This document shows, one piece after another, positions 15,703 through 16,006 of a stretch of 16,006 bases of DNA. The DNA is from a virus. Location: UHGV virus genome UHGV-1504643. One strand, 5' to 3'. The position numbers and the translations under genes were made by a program. The number at the start of each line of letters is the position of its first letter. Position 1 is the stretch's first letter. The notes under the pieces are model-generated. The model saw only the letters and a list, made by a program, of their open reading frames with translations. It did no database searches and had not been told where the DNA came from.

Positions 15703-16006
15703 ATGACTGAATGGCTTAATGCACATTTTGGTGCAGACGCAGCTACCTATCTTAGCTTATTAGTCGGCGTACTGGCACTGTTTGGTATTGGGGGCGGTGT
15801 TACATATAGAATCAGACAGCAAAACAACATAAAACAGAAGGCAAAGAAAACCGAGGGTGATGTGAACCAGGCCGGGCGGGATATTAATCAGACCACCAAC
15901 GTTTACCACACATCCAATGAATCTACTGAGGACCCTGTAAAAAAAAAGCAAGATGAACAAGATCTGAAAATAATCGACCAGATCCTTGAATTGCTGCCTT
16001 ATGAAG
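15703..16006 (+). CDS. Hypothetical membrane-anchored protein, N-terminal 101 codons only (continues beyond window end); cargo gene at the P2 G/FI (Z/fun) position
   Basis: ATG at 15703 with AAGGA about 9 nt upstream; open to the window end, which is why it is absent from the ORF track. Translation: MTEWLNAHFGADAATYLSLLVGVLALFGIGGGVTYRIRQQNNIKQKAKKTEGDVNQAGRDINQTTNVYHTSNESTEDPVKKKQDEQDLKIIDQILELLPYE... One N-terminal transmembrane helix followed by a polar, charged region. Not recognisable as P2 FI or any P2 late protein. Confidence 0.6.
   Translation, partial: MTEWLNAHFGADAATYLSLLVGVLALFGIGGGVTYRIRQQNNIKQKAKKTEGDVNQAGRDINQTTNVYHTSNESTEDPVKKKQDEQDLKIIDQILELLPYE

Larger units (their letters stand above)
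1..16006. mobile_element. P2-like (Peduovirus-type) prophage, late-gene region (packaging, capsid, lysis, tail, tail fibre) plus flanking cargo hotspots; prophage ends not in window
   Basis: Contiguous set of 20 genes in P2 order (Q P | O N M L X Y K lysA lysB lysC R S V W J I H G), with lengths matching my recollection of P2 proteins; cos-like 19-mer at 503-521; no integrase or att visible. Confidence 0.92.

Noticed and set aside
1-16006. CRISPR arrays, rRNA genes, integrase or attachment sites, insertion-sequence transposases
   Set aside because: No regularly spaced direct repeats of CRISPR type, no rRNA-like sequence, no recombinase ORF and no transposase-like ORF with terminal inverted repeats were seen; prophage ends and the int gene must lie outside this window.

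Overview
This window is the almost complete late (packaging, head, lysis, tail, tail-fibre) region of a P2-like (Peduovirus-type) prophage in an enterobacterial genome. Gene order matches phage P2 exactly: Q and P on the minus strand, then O-N-M-L-X-Y-K-lysA-lysB-lysC-R-S-V-W-J-I-H-G on the plus strand. Protein lengths match what I recall for P2, except the tail fibre H (749 aa here, about 669 in P2 from memory). A 19-nt sequence matching the P2 cohesive end lies at 503-521, so the phage genome is read here in its joined (prophage or circular) form. The conserved core is ordinary. The two places worth attention are the edges, which coincide with the two known P2 accessory-gene hotspots. (1) Positions 1-480, beyond cos, are AT-rich and carry the 5' end of a minus-strand gene for an ABC-F-like ATPase that runs off the window. 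(2) After tail-fibre assembly gene G (15145 onward) there is about 560 bp of lower-GC sequence with a hairpin, a 28-codon hydrophobic ORF with a Shine-Dalgarno site, and a strong intrinsic terminator, followed by the start of a membrane-anchored protein gene that runs off the window. Both candidate cargo loci are truncated, so no complete novel system can be demonstrated from this window alone. No tRNA, rRNA, CRISPR array, integrase or att site was found.
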